64,000 bases of DNA from the human T2T-CHM13v2.0 reference genome, Homo sapiens. The notes under the pieces are model-generated. The model saw only the letters and a list, made by a program, of their open reading frames with translations. It was not told where the DNA came from and did not search any database. This document shows, one piece after another, positions 1 through 14,134 of this stretch (the stretch's first letter is position 1; every line of letters starts with the position of its first letter). The stretch lies in assembly GCF_009914755.1 (NCBI RefSeq), contig NC_060933.1, one strand, 5' to 3'. The position numbers were made by a program, and so were the translations under genes.

Positions 1-862
1 AGAGAGTTTGAATGGCTTGCCCAAACTCATAGGGCTGTGACCAACAGTTGAAATCCAGGCCTGTCCAACTACTCAGCAACTTCAGATGGGGGTCCCTTCG
101 TGGCCTTGACTTTCACAGTCACTGGCCCTCCCTTTCTCTTACCATTTTCTCTTTCATGCGTAGGTAGTTGTTCTGAGGGCAATGGTCGGATGTTCAGTAA
201 GCCCAGGAGGATCAGGGACACTTGTGATCAGAGCCAACGGTGTGTGGGGATCGGCAGCCTTTGCATTTCAGCAGTTACTGCAGCAAAGAAACAGAGAGGA
301 AATCAAAGTGCATAGGAATGCCAGGGCCTCCCTGCTGCTCCCGCCCCATCTGCTCAGGTAGGGTCACTGAGGATGTTTCAGGATAGGTCTTCTTTCTTGA
401 CTCTGGAAATGAAACTCCTGTCATGTTTAGCTGTGGACACATCTGCCATGCAGCTGGTCTTGTTGCACAATGTATGCTTCTCACCAGCTCCCTCTGGTCT
501 TGCCACCAGCAGGGGACACGATCCTTTTTCTTGCTCAAGGCTGAGCTGCAGTGATGAAAATAGACTTCCCCCAACCTACCCCAACCCGGTGAAGAGAAGT
601 GGTTCTACTGTGCCTCTGTGAAGGATCTGCTGGATGGGGGTGATGGAGGGAGCCCCTGCTAGAAGGTCAGAGAGAACTGGGTTTCAGTTCCAGCTCTATC
701 TGATCTTCTTGCCAAGCTTCTGCTTTCTCACTGGTAAATGGAGACAAGAATATGACTTATCTCATGGTGGGAATTAAGTAGGTAAGGTTTATTGTAGGGC
801 CTGGTCATAATAGCAGCAAACCCTTCTAGGATGCAGACACATTGTCAGGCACTGTTCTAGGA

Positions 863-1474
863 TGTTACCAGAAAGGGGTCCCAATCCAGACCCCAAGAGA
901 GGGTTCTTGGACCTTGTGCAAGAGAGAATTTGAGGCAAGTCCATAAAGTGAAAGCAAGTTTATCAGGAAAGTAAAGGAATAAAAGAATAGTTATTCTATA
1001 GGCAGGGCAGCGGTGTGGGCTGTTTGACTGAGTATACTTATGGTCATTTCTTGATTCTATGCTAAACAAAAGGTGGATTATTCATGAGTTTTCTTGGAAA
1101 GGGGTGGGCAATTCCCGGAACTGAGGGTTCCTCCCCTTTTTAGACCACAGAGTGTAACTTCCTGATGTTGCCTTGGCATTTATAAACTGTCATGGTGCTG
1201 GTGGGAATGTCTTTCAGCATGCTAATGTATTATAATTAGCATATAATGAGCCGTGAGGATGAGCAGAGGTCACTTTCATGGCCATCTTGGTTTTGGTGAG
1301 TTTTGGCCAGCTTCTCTACTGTATCCTGTTTTATCAGCAAGGTCTTTGTGACCTATATCTTGTGCTGACCTCCTATCTCATCCTGTGACTAAGAATGCAG
1401 CCCAGTAGTTCTTAGCTTTATTTTACCCAGCCCCTATTCAAGATGGAGTCACTCTGGTTCAAACGCCTCTAAGA
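863..1474 (-). mobile_element. MER41B solo LTR (ERV1), near full length, interrupting a MIR
   Basis: Starts TGTTACCAGAAAGGGGTCCCAATCCAGACCCCAAGAGAGGG and ends AAGATGGAGTCACTCTGGTTCAAACGCCTCT, the reverse complement of the MER41B consensus ends. MIR sequence flanks both sides (841-862, 1475-1625). Confidence 0.9.
1091..1120. promoter_or_regulatory. Tandem GAS (STAT) motifs in MER41B
   Basis: TTCTTGGAA at 1091-1099 and TTCCCGGAA at 1112-1120; both fit TTCNNNGAA. Confidence 0.6.
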
Positions 1475-1825
1475 TAAGGGCCTTGTTTATTAATTTATTT
1501 CATCCTCACCACAAACTTTATGGGCAGGTGTTATTATTATCTTCACTTTGAAGAAGAGGAAACTGAAATAGAGGAGGATGATGTAATTTACAGTGAGTAA
1601 GTGACGAACCAAGGTTCAGTCTGGGAAGCCCGTGTCTTTAGCTATGATCCCATACTGTATCTCACTATGGTGTGTGGTAAGCCAGTGCGTGTGAAGTCCT
1701 TTCTATTCCCTTAAGCAAGTCACGTTTTCCTGCCAGAACAGGATCTGTCCTATGAGAGTTGACACATGAAAGCCAAATACGATAAATCAGGGTGGAGATT
1801 CACAGTCACCTTAAAAAGATTCTCA

Positions 1826-2119
1826 GGCCAGGCATGGTGGCTGACACCTGTAATCCCAGCACTTTGGGAGGCCAAGGCAGGTGGATCACAAAGTCAGGAG
1901 TTCGAGACTAGCCTGGCCAACATGGTGAAACCCTGTCTCAACAAAAAGTACAAAAATTAGCCAGGTGTGGTGGCATGTGCCTGTAGTCCCAGCTACTTGG
2001 GAGAATCTCTTGAACCCAGGAAGCAGAGGTTGTAGTGAGCCAAAATTGTGCCACGACACTCCAGCCTGAGCGACAGAGAGAGACTCAGTCTCAAAAAAAA
2101 AAAAAAAAAGAAGAAGAAG
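1826..2119 (+). mobile_element. Alu (AluS-type) with small internal deletion
   Basis: Dimeric Alu with poly-A. TSD AAAAGATTCTC on both sides. Confidence 0.95.
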
Positions 2120-2431
2120 AAAAGATTCTCCCAGAACAGCAGGACTAGTCAATAATGGGACTGAGGTATTTATGTACTAGAAGAAGGAGTGGAACATTGA
2201 AAGGGGTTTCACCATCCATGAAAGGCAGGATATGAGGTGAAGCCAGAGTCTTGACCAATAATAGACCTTGAGAATGATCATTCCAAGGACACAACTACCC
2301 CTATTGAGTCCATCTGCCATAGGAAAGAGGATGTTTGATGGGGATGACTTGAGTTGCTGGTTTACCTGACAGCTGGCTCTGTCTCTGTGTAAATAAATGC
2401 ACATCCATCTCTTTGAGCTTGGTTGATATGA

Positions 2432-2864
<433 letters not shown>

Positions 2865-3537
2865 TAATAAAATAAATGTAGAATGCTGTGGCTCCTCAGT
2901 GACAGCCAATTGGACTTCTTTAGACAATATTGTTCAGGCTGCCATGCACATCACCATCTGTCACCCGTTGGCCCTCTGTAGAGCCACGCACATTGCCCTT
3001 GGGTCTTCTATGGAGGTAATTGATTCTGGTTTTGGCTCATGCATGTTTTCCCTGGAAGCTCTGCATAGTTTTGAAGTTCTCTCTTGTCTAGCTTAAAAAC
3101 CTGTGGGCCTGTTGCTCTGAACTTTTGCTCCTATTCTGCATTTTAGTCTGCTTTTTCTTCTACAGGACAGCCCTTCAAAGATTTTTGATGACAGTCTTGT
3201 TACTCACAGACCATTTTCTCAAGTGGCTCTCTTCCCTTTCTCACGTGGGGTCCAGAACCTTCCTCGGCCCAGTTATTGACTACTTTTCCACAAGGTTGGT
3301 GAATTGCAGCATGGTTATCTAAGGGCAAAAGAGAATGGACAGGGGTCCTACAAGGGGTCTAGGGTATCCCTGGAGCTGAAGCAAGGCATTTCAAGGGTGA
3401 TTTATGTTTCATCTTAGTGATGATGATGCAGAAATTTTACTTTTCATTTCTAATTTAATCTGTGGTTGTATAATAGAAATATAACATTGTCTTTAAAAAA
3501 CTTTATTAAAAATTTAAAAAAAAATAGAGACAGGTTT

Positions 3538-3836
3538 GGCCGGGCGTGGTGGCTCATGCCTATAATCTCAGTACTTTGGAAAGCCGAGGTGGGTGGATCA
3601 CCTGAGGTCAGGAGTTTGAGACAAGCCTGGCCAACATAGTGAAACCCCATTTCTACTAAAAATATAAAAATTAGCTGGGCAGGGTGGCAGGGGCCTGTAG
3701 TCCCAGCTACTTGGGAGCTTGAGGCAGGAGAATCACTTGAACTTGAGGGAGGATGGAGGTTGCAGGGAGCCAAGATTGTGCCACTGCACTCTATCCTGGG
3801 CATCAGAGTGAGACTCCACCTCAGAAAAAAAAAAAA
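3538..3836 (+). mobile_element. Alu (AluS-type)
   Basis: GGCCGGGCGTGGTGGCTCA start, dimeric body, poly-A. Confidence 0.95.
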
Positions 3837-3957
3837 GAGAGAGAGACAAGGTCTCAATATGTTGCCCAGGCTGGTCTCAAACTCCTGGACTTGAATAGTC
3901 CTCCTGCCTCAGCCTCTGAAAGTGCTGGGATTACAGGCATGAGCTACTATGTGTAGC
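3837..3957 (-). mobile_element. Alu left monomer (FLAM/AluJ-like)
   Basis: GAGACAAGGTCTCAATATGTTGCCCAGGCTGG...GGGATTACAGGCATGAGC. Confidence 0.85.
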
Positions 3958-4372
3958 TTCTTTCCTCTATCTTATTCCACCGCATTGGTTCAGGACTAGT
4001 TATGCCTGGGATAAAAAAGCTCTGATGTAGGTCAGTGAGTCCCAGCCTGTAGGTCACGAGTCGCTCAGTGTGGTTTATAAGTTGTGTCAACAAGGTAGCT
4101 CCCATTGCTTCAGTCAGTGTCAGAAAGTAGGGTTGCAGTGAAAGGGGCCGGCAGGGAGAAGAGTTATGCAGAATTTTGGCAGGATCTGTCAACATTGCTA
4201 ATGTCCCAGCAGTCCTACTTAAGGGATCTAACACATGAGAATGTCATTACTGTGTGCAAACTTGTGTGTGTGTGTGTAAGAGTGGTCACTGTAGCATGGC
4301 TTAGAAGGGCAGCAGTGTCAAGTTATGGTCCAGTAAACTGTAATATTGGGGACGTACAGAGGTATACTGTTT

Positions 4373-4685
4373 TTGTTTGTTTGTTTGTTTGTTTTTGAGA
4401 CAGAGTTTCGGTCTGTCGCCCAGGCTGGAGTGCAATGGCGCGCGATCTCAGCTCACTGCAAGCTCCGCCTCCCAGGTTCACGCCATTCTCCCTTCTCAGC
4501 CTCTGAGTAGCTGGGACTACAGGTGCATGCCACTACACCCAGCTAATTTTTTTTTTTTCGTATTTTTAGTAGAGACGGGGTTTCACCGTGTTAGCCAGGA
4601 TGGTCTCGATCTCCTGACCTCGTGATCCTCCCGCATCGGCCTCCCAAAGCGCTGGGATTACAGGCGTGAGCCACCGCCCCCGGCC
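4373..4685 (-). mobile_element. AluY
   Basis: AluY diagnostics (CACGCCATTCTC, CCGTGTTAGCCAGGATGGTCTCGATCTCC), CpG-rich. TSD GAGGTATACTGTTT. Confidence 0.95.
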
Positions 4686-4779
4686 GGAGGTATACTGTTT
4701 CAAAGGTTGAGAGGAATGGAGTGAGTCTAAATGTGCTGACTTGGAAGCTTGTCCAAGGAATATTTTAGATTACTTTTAT

Positions 4780-5082
4780 CTTATTTATTTATTTTTTTCT
4801 TGAGACGGAGTCTCACACTGTCACTGGGGCTGGAGTGCAATGGCGTGATCTCGGCTCACTGCAACCTCTGCCTCCCAGTTTCACATGATTCTCCTGCTTT
4901 ACCCTCCTGAGTAGCTGGAATTACAGGAGCACACCACCACACCTGGCTAATTTTTTGTATTTTTAGTAGAGATGAGGTTTCACTATGTTGGTCAAACTGG
5001 TCTCGAACTCCTGACCTCGGGATCCACCCACCTCGGCCTCCCAAAGTGCTGGGATTACAGGCGTGAGCCACCACGCTGGGTC
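4780..5082 (-). mobile_element. Alu (AluS-type)
   Basis: Antisense Alu. TSD TA(G/C)ATTACTTTTAT. Confidence 0.95.
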
Positions 5083-5096
5083 TACATTACTTTTAT

Positions 5097-5406
5097 TTTA
5101 AAAATTAATTAATTAATTATTTCAGACAGGGTCTTGCTCTGTTGCCAGGCCAAAGTGAAGTGGCACCATCACAGCTCATTGCAACCCTAACTTCTCAGGC
5201 TCAAATGATCTTCTGATCTCAGCCTCCTTAGTAGCTGAGACTATAGATGCACAGCACCATGGCTGACTAATTTTTACAAAAATTTTTTGTAGAGATGGGT
5301 CTCACTATGTTGCCCAAGTTGATCTCACACCCCTGGGCTCAAGCAATCCTGCTGCCTCAGCCTCCCAAAGTGCTGGGATTACAGATATGAGCCACTGCGC
5401 TTGGCC
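5097..5406 (-). mobile_element. AluJ
   Basis: Diverged antisense Alu with J-type GGCTCAAGCAATCC. Confidence 0.9.
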
Positions 5407-5447
5407 TATTTTAAAGTGGAAAAAAAAAAAGCCTTCAGAACATTCTG

Positions 5448-5662
5448 AGCCTGGGCAGTATAAGAAGGCAACATCTCTACAAAAAATTAAGTTTAGCTGG
5501 GTGTGGTAGGATGTGCCTGTAGTCTTAACTACTCAGGAGCCTGAGGCAGAAGGATCACTTGAGCCCAGGAGTTTGAGGCTGCAGTGAGCTGTGATCATGC
5601 CACTGCACTCTAGTCTGGGCAACAGAAGAAGATCCTATCTCAAAAAAAAAAAAAAAAAAAAA
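5448..5662 (+). mobile_element. AluJ, 5'-truncated
   Basis: GGATCACTTGAGCCCAGGAGTTTGAGGCTGCAGTGAGC plus poly-A. Confidence 0.9.
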
Positions 5663-5833
5663 GGGATAAAATAAAAAGAACGTTCTGTATAATGTGATTC
5701 CATTTCTGGTTTGAAAAATTATACATGTTGTAAAGTCATAGAGAAATATCTAGAAGAAAATGTATAAAGTGATTACCTTGTATGACCTTTGGAAGATGGA
5801 AGATGGGGTTAACAAAGTTTTGTGGGAAATATA

Positions 5834-6170
5834 TTTTTCATTTTTTTTCTTTTTCTGTTTTTATTTTTTAGAGACAGAGTCTTGCTCAGGTCCTTGCCCA
5901 GGCTGGAGTGTAGTGCAATTCACTGCAACCTTGAATTCCTGGGCTCAAGCAATCCTCCTGCCTCAGCTTCTTGAGTAGCTAAAGCTACAGGTATGCACCA
6001 CCATGTCCAGCTAATTTTTTAAAACTTTTTTTTTTGTTTGCTTTTGTTTTTGTAGAGACAGGGCCCTACTATTTTGCCCAGACTACTCTTGAACTCCTGA
6101 GCTCAAGTGATCCTCCTGTCTTGGCCTCCCAAAGTGCTGGAATTGGAGGGGTGAGTTACTGCATCCTGCC
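5834..6170 (-). mobile_element. AluJ
   Basis: Diverged antisense dimeric Alu. Confidence 0.9.
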
Positions 6171-6615
6171 TCCGTTATATTCTTTATAGGTATTTTCTAT
6201 AGATTTTTTTTTCCTTTTATATTTCCATTTTGTTTGCTGGAGGGCTTATTGCTTTTGTGGATAAAGCCAATGCTTTCTAAAAAGGAACACAATAAACTGT
6301 GTTTATATTTGTTTATCTCCTAATAATAGGTTTTAGAGTTATAAAACTCATGTATTATGACACAAATTCAAAAAGTATTAAAAGTTATACATTGAGTAGT
6401 AGGTCTCCTTACCATGCCGATTTTCAGTCTCATCTCCAGAATTTCTGTGCAAATACAATCAAGTATATAATAAAATGCCCCTTCAGAAAACATTCATGCA
6501 CAAATGGGACGCCCTGGTGTGCTACACTGTGCATTTTTTTAACTTTACAATATATCACATAGAGCTTTTCCTATAATGACATATGCAGATTATGGTGCGG
6601 TTGTTCTATAAGTGA

Positions 6616-6927
<312 letters not shown>

Positions 6928-6999
6928 CATTTAGGTTATGTTTTTTTCTATTATAAACAATGTTGTAAATGATGTGTGTGGCATATACATATAACAGGA

Positions 7000-8060
7000 T
7001 GTTAAAATGGAACTCTTTAAGTCTCAGTTTCCGGCTGAGACTGCAAATCGCTAGAAACCATACAATAGGTACTTGAATATCTCCCTCCCCAATGTTAAAT
7101 GAGGTGCTAGACCACCTTGGCAGGCCCTGGTATTCTGCCAGCATGGACCATCCTTTGCCTGACACCAGCCTTCAGAGGCTGGGAGGGGAGGCAGTCTCTG
7201 GTGAATCCTGTCACAGTGTCTTTTGTCTCTCCCCACCCTCATCTCCCAGGAGAGGGTCGGCTGGAGAAAGCCAACTGAGAAAGCCTGAAAGGGAGAGCTC
7301 AGCGTTGGTCCCTGGAACCTGAATTTGGGAGCTTAAGACCAGGAAAGAGAAGCTGAGGCTGGGCTGGCCTGAGGTGACAGAGAGAGAAAAAGAGAGAACA
7401 CCCTTCCTCCTCCCGGGAGCAAGGGAGCGTCCACCAGCAGAGGAGAGCAAAAAGCCCTGTTGTCTGGGAACCAAAAAGGGGCCAGCAGGAAAGAGATAGA
7501 CTAGAGCCACCTAGAATGGGGCTTTTCCTGACAGCGCCCTTTGAAAGGCAGAGGAGGGACTGTTGGAAGCCCAACAGTCCAACAGATAGACTCAGAAAGC
7601 AGCAGCCAGGAGGAGGCCTCACTGCATTCAGGCGACTGCCAGTGAGTTCCCAAGGGCGGAATGCCTGGGGAACCTACACACACCACCCAGCCCAGAGGGC
7701 AGCATCCCCGGCTCCCAGCAGGACCAGCCTTGGGAAGCTCTGCCCCCTTCCCTATTTCCTCTTTTTCTGGGTCCTGTCCCAGGTAGGGAGACACTGAGGG
7801 TGAAGAGGTGAGAGGAAGAGGGGGGACAACCTTGTCTCCCCCTTCCCCCACAGCTGGCATTTAAGTTTGAAGCAGACCTGGGCTGAAGAAGGGAGAAATT
7901 TTCAAATGAGATTTGTTCAGAGTTCTGGCAAACATGCTGGAATGTGTGCTTTTAAATTACAGAGACTGCTCTTTGGAAATAAGGGACCCAGTGAATAAGT
8001 TCACAGGGTGAGCAAAAATAAAGCAGCATTATGATCGCCCCTTATTGAATCCAGCTTATT
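7000..8060 (+). mobile_element. Probable ancient solo LTR, family unassigned
   Basis: GC-richer block that interrupts the L1M, begins TGTTAAAATGG, and has AATAAA at 8017-8022 near its end. Confidence 0.45.
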
Positions 8061-9781
8061 GGATGTCCTTTGAGAACATGTGTGATTTTATATGAGGAAT
8101 AAATGTTTAGAAGTGGAATTTCTGTGTCAAGTAATACAGTATATTTTAATGTTGATAGATGTGGTCAAATTGCCCTCCAAATAATTTGTTCTTATTAACA
8201 CTTTCCCAGGGGTGGATGAAAGTGGCTCCCGTTGACACCTTTTCATTTTAGTCTTTGCTACTCTACCAGATTTTTTTTTTAAAAAGATATTTCTTATATA
8301 TATATTTATATATAATATATTCCATATATATGTGTATATTTCATTATGAGGGAAGTTAAAACATTTCTATTTCTTTTTCTGTGAACACCATTGCTAATGT
8401 CATTTGCCCATTCCTTTTTTTTCCTTTTGAGTTGTTGAGTTTTTTCTTTGTAATTTGTAAGAACTCTTTATATAAAAGGCATTAGTCCTTGCTCTATCAC
8501 ATATGTTACAAATGTTTGTCAATGTGTGCTATTGGCCTTTGATGAAAGTTATTGCACACTAACAGATTTTTAGATGTGTATGGATCCTACTGTCTAGAAC
8601 GAATGCAAGTTTACTCTAGAGTGCACCTGAATTAACAGCTGGCTTTTTTCCTTTTGTATATTCATAATCAACAGGCACTGAAAGCCTAAGTAACGTCACG
8701 GGAGGTGAGGGATGGCCCTTGAGATCAAGAGGTTGGAAACCGCTAGTCTAGGCTGTACTGGACCTACCTAAACTGTGCCCAGAGCTAAGCCCAGCCCTCC
8801 TGGGTTGAAGCTCCAGCACTGATGTCTCTCATGGAGTCAGAAGTCATTAACTTACTAATTCCATATAAAACACAGCAATAGCATTTCAAGGTGGAGCCAA
8901 CCAAAATGGAAGCGGAATGGCTCTCTTCCTCTCTCCCTTCTCCCTCTGCATCCCCTTCCCTTCCTCCTTTGTTTACCTCCTAAAGGGGAGAGTAAGGCAG
9001 AGAAGAAAACAAAGGGTAAGGAGAAAGGGAAGGCTCCCCATTGTGGAGAATTAAGACAACTCTCTTGCTTGGGGCTCCAGGACCCTCTCATCTGGCCACC
9101 CCTTCCTCTTCTCTGTCCCCAACATCCTGCCTCATTGTTACACCAGCCTCCTAGCTACACTCTTCCCAGGCACCCTCTGGCCTTGCCACCAGCTGCTTTC
9201 TCTGCTGAGAACTTGCTTCCCCTTCCCTGCTTTGTGGACTCTGACATTTCAAATGTCACTTCCTCTAGGAAGCTTTCCCTGGCCAGGCTGACTGAAGTGT
9301 TCCCTCCCAGGGCTCCTGTCTTTTTTACAGCACTTCTGATAGTTATATTAGAGGTGTGTGTCTCTCCCACTAACCAGGGAGGTCCTTGAAGGTACATTTG
9401 CCTGATTCATCTCTGGTTCTGCCCCAGCACCAGAGCAGCTTAGTCAATGTTCATTGAACAAAGCCCTATTTAAAGAGCAAAAGTGTGTGTTGGCAAGGCG
9501 TCCTGACAGTGCTGCTGGGACAATATCCTTCCCTGGAGGGACAGAGCACCCCAGCCAGCTTTCCCCCAGGTCGCTGTCCCCCTCCTCAAGTCCTAAGCTA
9601 GAGCCTGGCAACCCTGACTGAGTCCTGTGGATTCACATGGGAGTAATGCCTCGATGTGCAGAGGTCAACCACTGACCTCTATTGGAAGCCCCGCTCCCCA
9701 TACTGGTGCCAGAGAAGAAGCAGACAAAAATTCAGAGTCACCACCTATGGAATCTCATCCCTGAGGAAAGTTCACTTAGAA

Positions 9782-9889
9782 CAGTGGTCACTTAAACTTT
9801 GGTCACTATCAGAATCACCTAGGGAACTCTGGAAAAACAACAAGGCCCAGGCCTAATCCTACTTCAGAGAGAAGTTTGAGAACCACTGG
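9782..9889. mobile_element. MER5A (hAT-Charlie), internally deleted
   Basis: CAGTGG...TCAGAATCACCT...AAGTTTGAGAACCACTG. Approximate 8-bp TSD ACTTAGAA/GCTTAGAC. Confidence 0.8.
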
Positions 9890-10487
9890 CTTAGACAACG
9901 GTGACTCATCCAATTTCTTCAGCTACTGTGATCTGCTTATGCTTCTTCTTACAGGAGTGCTGATCCTAAAGGGTTGTGGGGCTCCTGCCTTTCCTTCCCC
10001 TCACACCTTTCCCCACTAGGTTTTAAGCAGAGTTAAGTTCACATACGAATTTGTCGTTATCCACGACAACGTTTATTTGTGCCCAACATGTATGTGTGGA
10101 ATGAATACACACAGGAACAAACAAGATACTTCAGTTAGGAAGCATGTACAGCCTTCTGCTTGGAGCAACAGACCCGACACTAAGAGGGATGGAAGACAGG
10201 GTCCTGCCCTTGGGGACTGGGGATTCTGGCATCACAGTCCTGCTGTCGATCGCATGTCCCTCAGAGCTTCAGTTTCTTCAGCTCTTAAGAAGGAATAATA
10301 ACGATAACAATACTATCTAGCTGCATGGCTTGGTGTGAGGATTATATAAAATAATGAGAGTGAAAGTGTTTTCTAAGCAAACTCATGAACATAAGATACC
10401 GTCACAAAGAAAAATCAATCTTACGAATAATTACAAATAAACAAATTTTGTTAAACTCTCCCTAGCCTGCACATGTTAAGATATTGA

Positions 10488-10789
<302 letters not shown>

Positions 10790-12175
10790 AAGAAATTGAG
10801 CTGTTCATTTTTTCTTTAGTTTCTAAGCTCTTGCAGAGATGTGGCAAGTCACTGGTGGTTTCCTTTGGAGAGGACTTTGTTGCAAAGCCTTCTCTCCTTG
10901 CCTTGTGGTCAGCTCCATTTGCCTTCTGCCCATTCAGAGCCGTCGCAGATGCTGGTGGGCTATCCTTTGTCTCTGAGAGGCATTGAGAAGACTATACTCA
11001 AAATTTCTGATGTGCTTGCCATTTGCAAAGCATCACTTCCCTTTTAAGAGAAGAAGTTATTCTTTATCAAGAAAAAAAAATGCTTACACTTTGGATGGTT
11101 TGCACAGAAGCAGACCACATATTTTCTCAGAAATATGCAGAAATGAATGCCAGGTAAAGTTCTTGGCTTGTAAAAAATAGGATTAACCTTTGACATTTAT
11201 TAATCTTTCTTAGTTTCCTGAGAACCTTCGCATCTATTTTCTCATCATTTTCTCACATTCACCCTTCAAAGTTGTTTGTGATGTTACCTGTATTTCACAG
11301 ATATGAAAAGTGAGCCTCCAAAAGGAGGTAAGGAAGGCCCTCACAGGGTCTCCCAGCTAAGATGGTAGGATCACCCTTCCAAATGGGCAGAGGAAACGTT
11401 TAGGATGCTTGGGGAACCCAGCCCACTCACAGGCCAACAGCTAGAACATTTCAAGAGTGAGTCTCACCTGTTTTTTCTAAGTGAGCGCTGCAGTTGTCAC
11501 TCCTCGAGGGTTGCTGAGAACACCCATCACATCTGTCAGTGTGGCTCCCATTACAGCTCAAAAGGAAGGGCCTATTATGGGGTTGTTAGTCATGCATGTA
11601 TGTGTTGCTCTCTGTAATCAGCTGAATAAGAACCTCAGCCAAGAACACAGCTTTCCTCACCAGCCTTTAACGCCTGTAAAATGTGGAGAGAATTTTTCCT
11701 TGGTTGGAGTCCCTGTTCACCACAGCACCTCCTTGACATCTGAATTTACAGCGTTTTCTTCTAGAAGGCCAATGCCTTCGCATTCAGGTCACCTGATGAT
11801 CTGATTCCACTTCTTTTATTCCACATTTTCAACAAGTCCCTTTGTCTTGATGTCTGAGCTTCTCTTCCTGTAGAAGTAAAGCCCCATAGAGTCATGGGGC
11901 CAAAGATCTATGAGTGTCTCCCTCTTCCAACTTCACATTGATTCTTAGTCTGGATCTTCTCCTTTAGTCCGCTGGAGAGGGACAAAGGGCAGCTGTACCA
12001 GAAAGATTTCCTGGCCTCCAATTTTTTACCCATCATCAATTTGCTCACATTATTCCCTCTCTTGGAATGTCTTCCTCTCTTTCCTTTGTTAAGTACATGT
12101 CTAGTAATTTCTTGAGGCTCAATTCCTATTCCATCTCTTCCATGTAGCCTTTTCTGATATCCCTACTAACAATAA

Positions 12176-12577
<402 letters not shown>

Positions 12578-12699
12578 TGAGCATAAAGTATATATCAAAA
12601 TATATATTAAGCTGTGCTAATTCCAGGGAGGTCATACAGGTATTGGGAAATGAATGATGTATACAAACATATCTAAGACATTATCCTTACTTTTACACT

Positions 12700-13462
12700 A
12701 TATTTATTTAAAAATTTTTTTCACAATAATAAATTAACTTTAGCTTACTGTGATATTTTTACTTTATGCACTTCTAATTTTTAAAAAAGTTTTTGACTCT
12801 TGTAATAACACTTAGCATAAAACACAAACATATTGTACAGTTGTATAAAAATATTTTCTTTATATTCTTATTCTATACATTTTTTCCTATTTTTAACATT
12901 TTAATTCTTATTCTATTTTAAAAGCTTTTTCATTAAAAACTAAGACACAAACACACACATTGGCCTAGGCCTACACAGGGTCAGGATCATCAATATCACT
13001 GTCTTTCACCTCGCCATCTTGTCCCACTGGAAGGTCTTCAGAGGCAGTAACATGCATGGAACTATCATCTCCTGTGATAGCAATGACTTTTTCTGGAATA
13101 CCTTCTGAAGGATCTGCCTGAGGCTGTTTTACAGTTAATTTTTTAAATAAGATGGAGTGCACTCTAAAATAATCATAGAACATGTAGTATTATATATACC
13201 AGTAACACAGTCATTTATTATCATTGTCAGGTATTAGGTCAAGTACATAATTTTACGTGCTATCCTTTTATGCCACTGGCAGCACAGCAGGTTTTTTTAC
13301 ACCAGCATCACTGTAAACACTTGAGTAATGCATTGTACTAAGATGTTACAACAGCAACAGTGTTACTAGATCTAGTAGGAAATTTTCAGCTCCATTATAA
13401 TCTTATGGGACCACCATTGTACATTTGGTTTCTTGACTAAAATGTTATGTGACAAATGACTG
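12700..13462 (-). mobile_element. Tigger3b/MER7 (Golem) DNA transposon fragment
   Basis: Ends CCATTATAATCTTATGGGACCACC...ATGACTG|TA. The minus-strand frame 12971-13183 gives an acidic transposase-tail remnant (EDLPVGQDGEVKDSDIDDPDPV). Confidence 0.85.
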
Positions 13463-13812
13463 TATTCCTCATGGACTGTTATGCTAAATGGGACCTGTCC
13501 AGTCCTAATTTGCAGAGCAAAATTTCAGGGGCTGAGTAGACCTGGAATCCATGCCACCTCTAAGGCAGCCTGAGGTGGAGAGATGCAAGATGTGTCTGAT
13601 ATAAGAAAGCCCACATTGTGTTTAAGGCAAGCTAAGGCTGTGTCTCTGAGAGGATGAGGCTGAGCATCAAGATCAAAGGCAAATGTCAGCTCTCAAATGG
13701 GAAGACACATAGTGAGGAGAATGTGGAGATGCAATAGGCAGGGTGGAGTGCAGTACCAGGATAAGTGAGCCCAAGATATTAGGAGCCAAGGAGAAGACCA
13801 GGGGAGAGGTGA

Positions 13813-14134
<322 letters not shown>

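Noticed and set aside
11283-11335. Possible micro-exon (TTTCACAG ... GAG|GTAAGG)
   Set aside because: Lies in an antisense MIR; such splice-like motifs are common and there is no supporting frame or neighbouring exon.
12971-13183. Acidic 70-aa ORF
   Set aside because: Remnant of the Tigger3/Golem transposase tail in a non-autonomous element.
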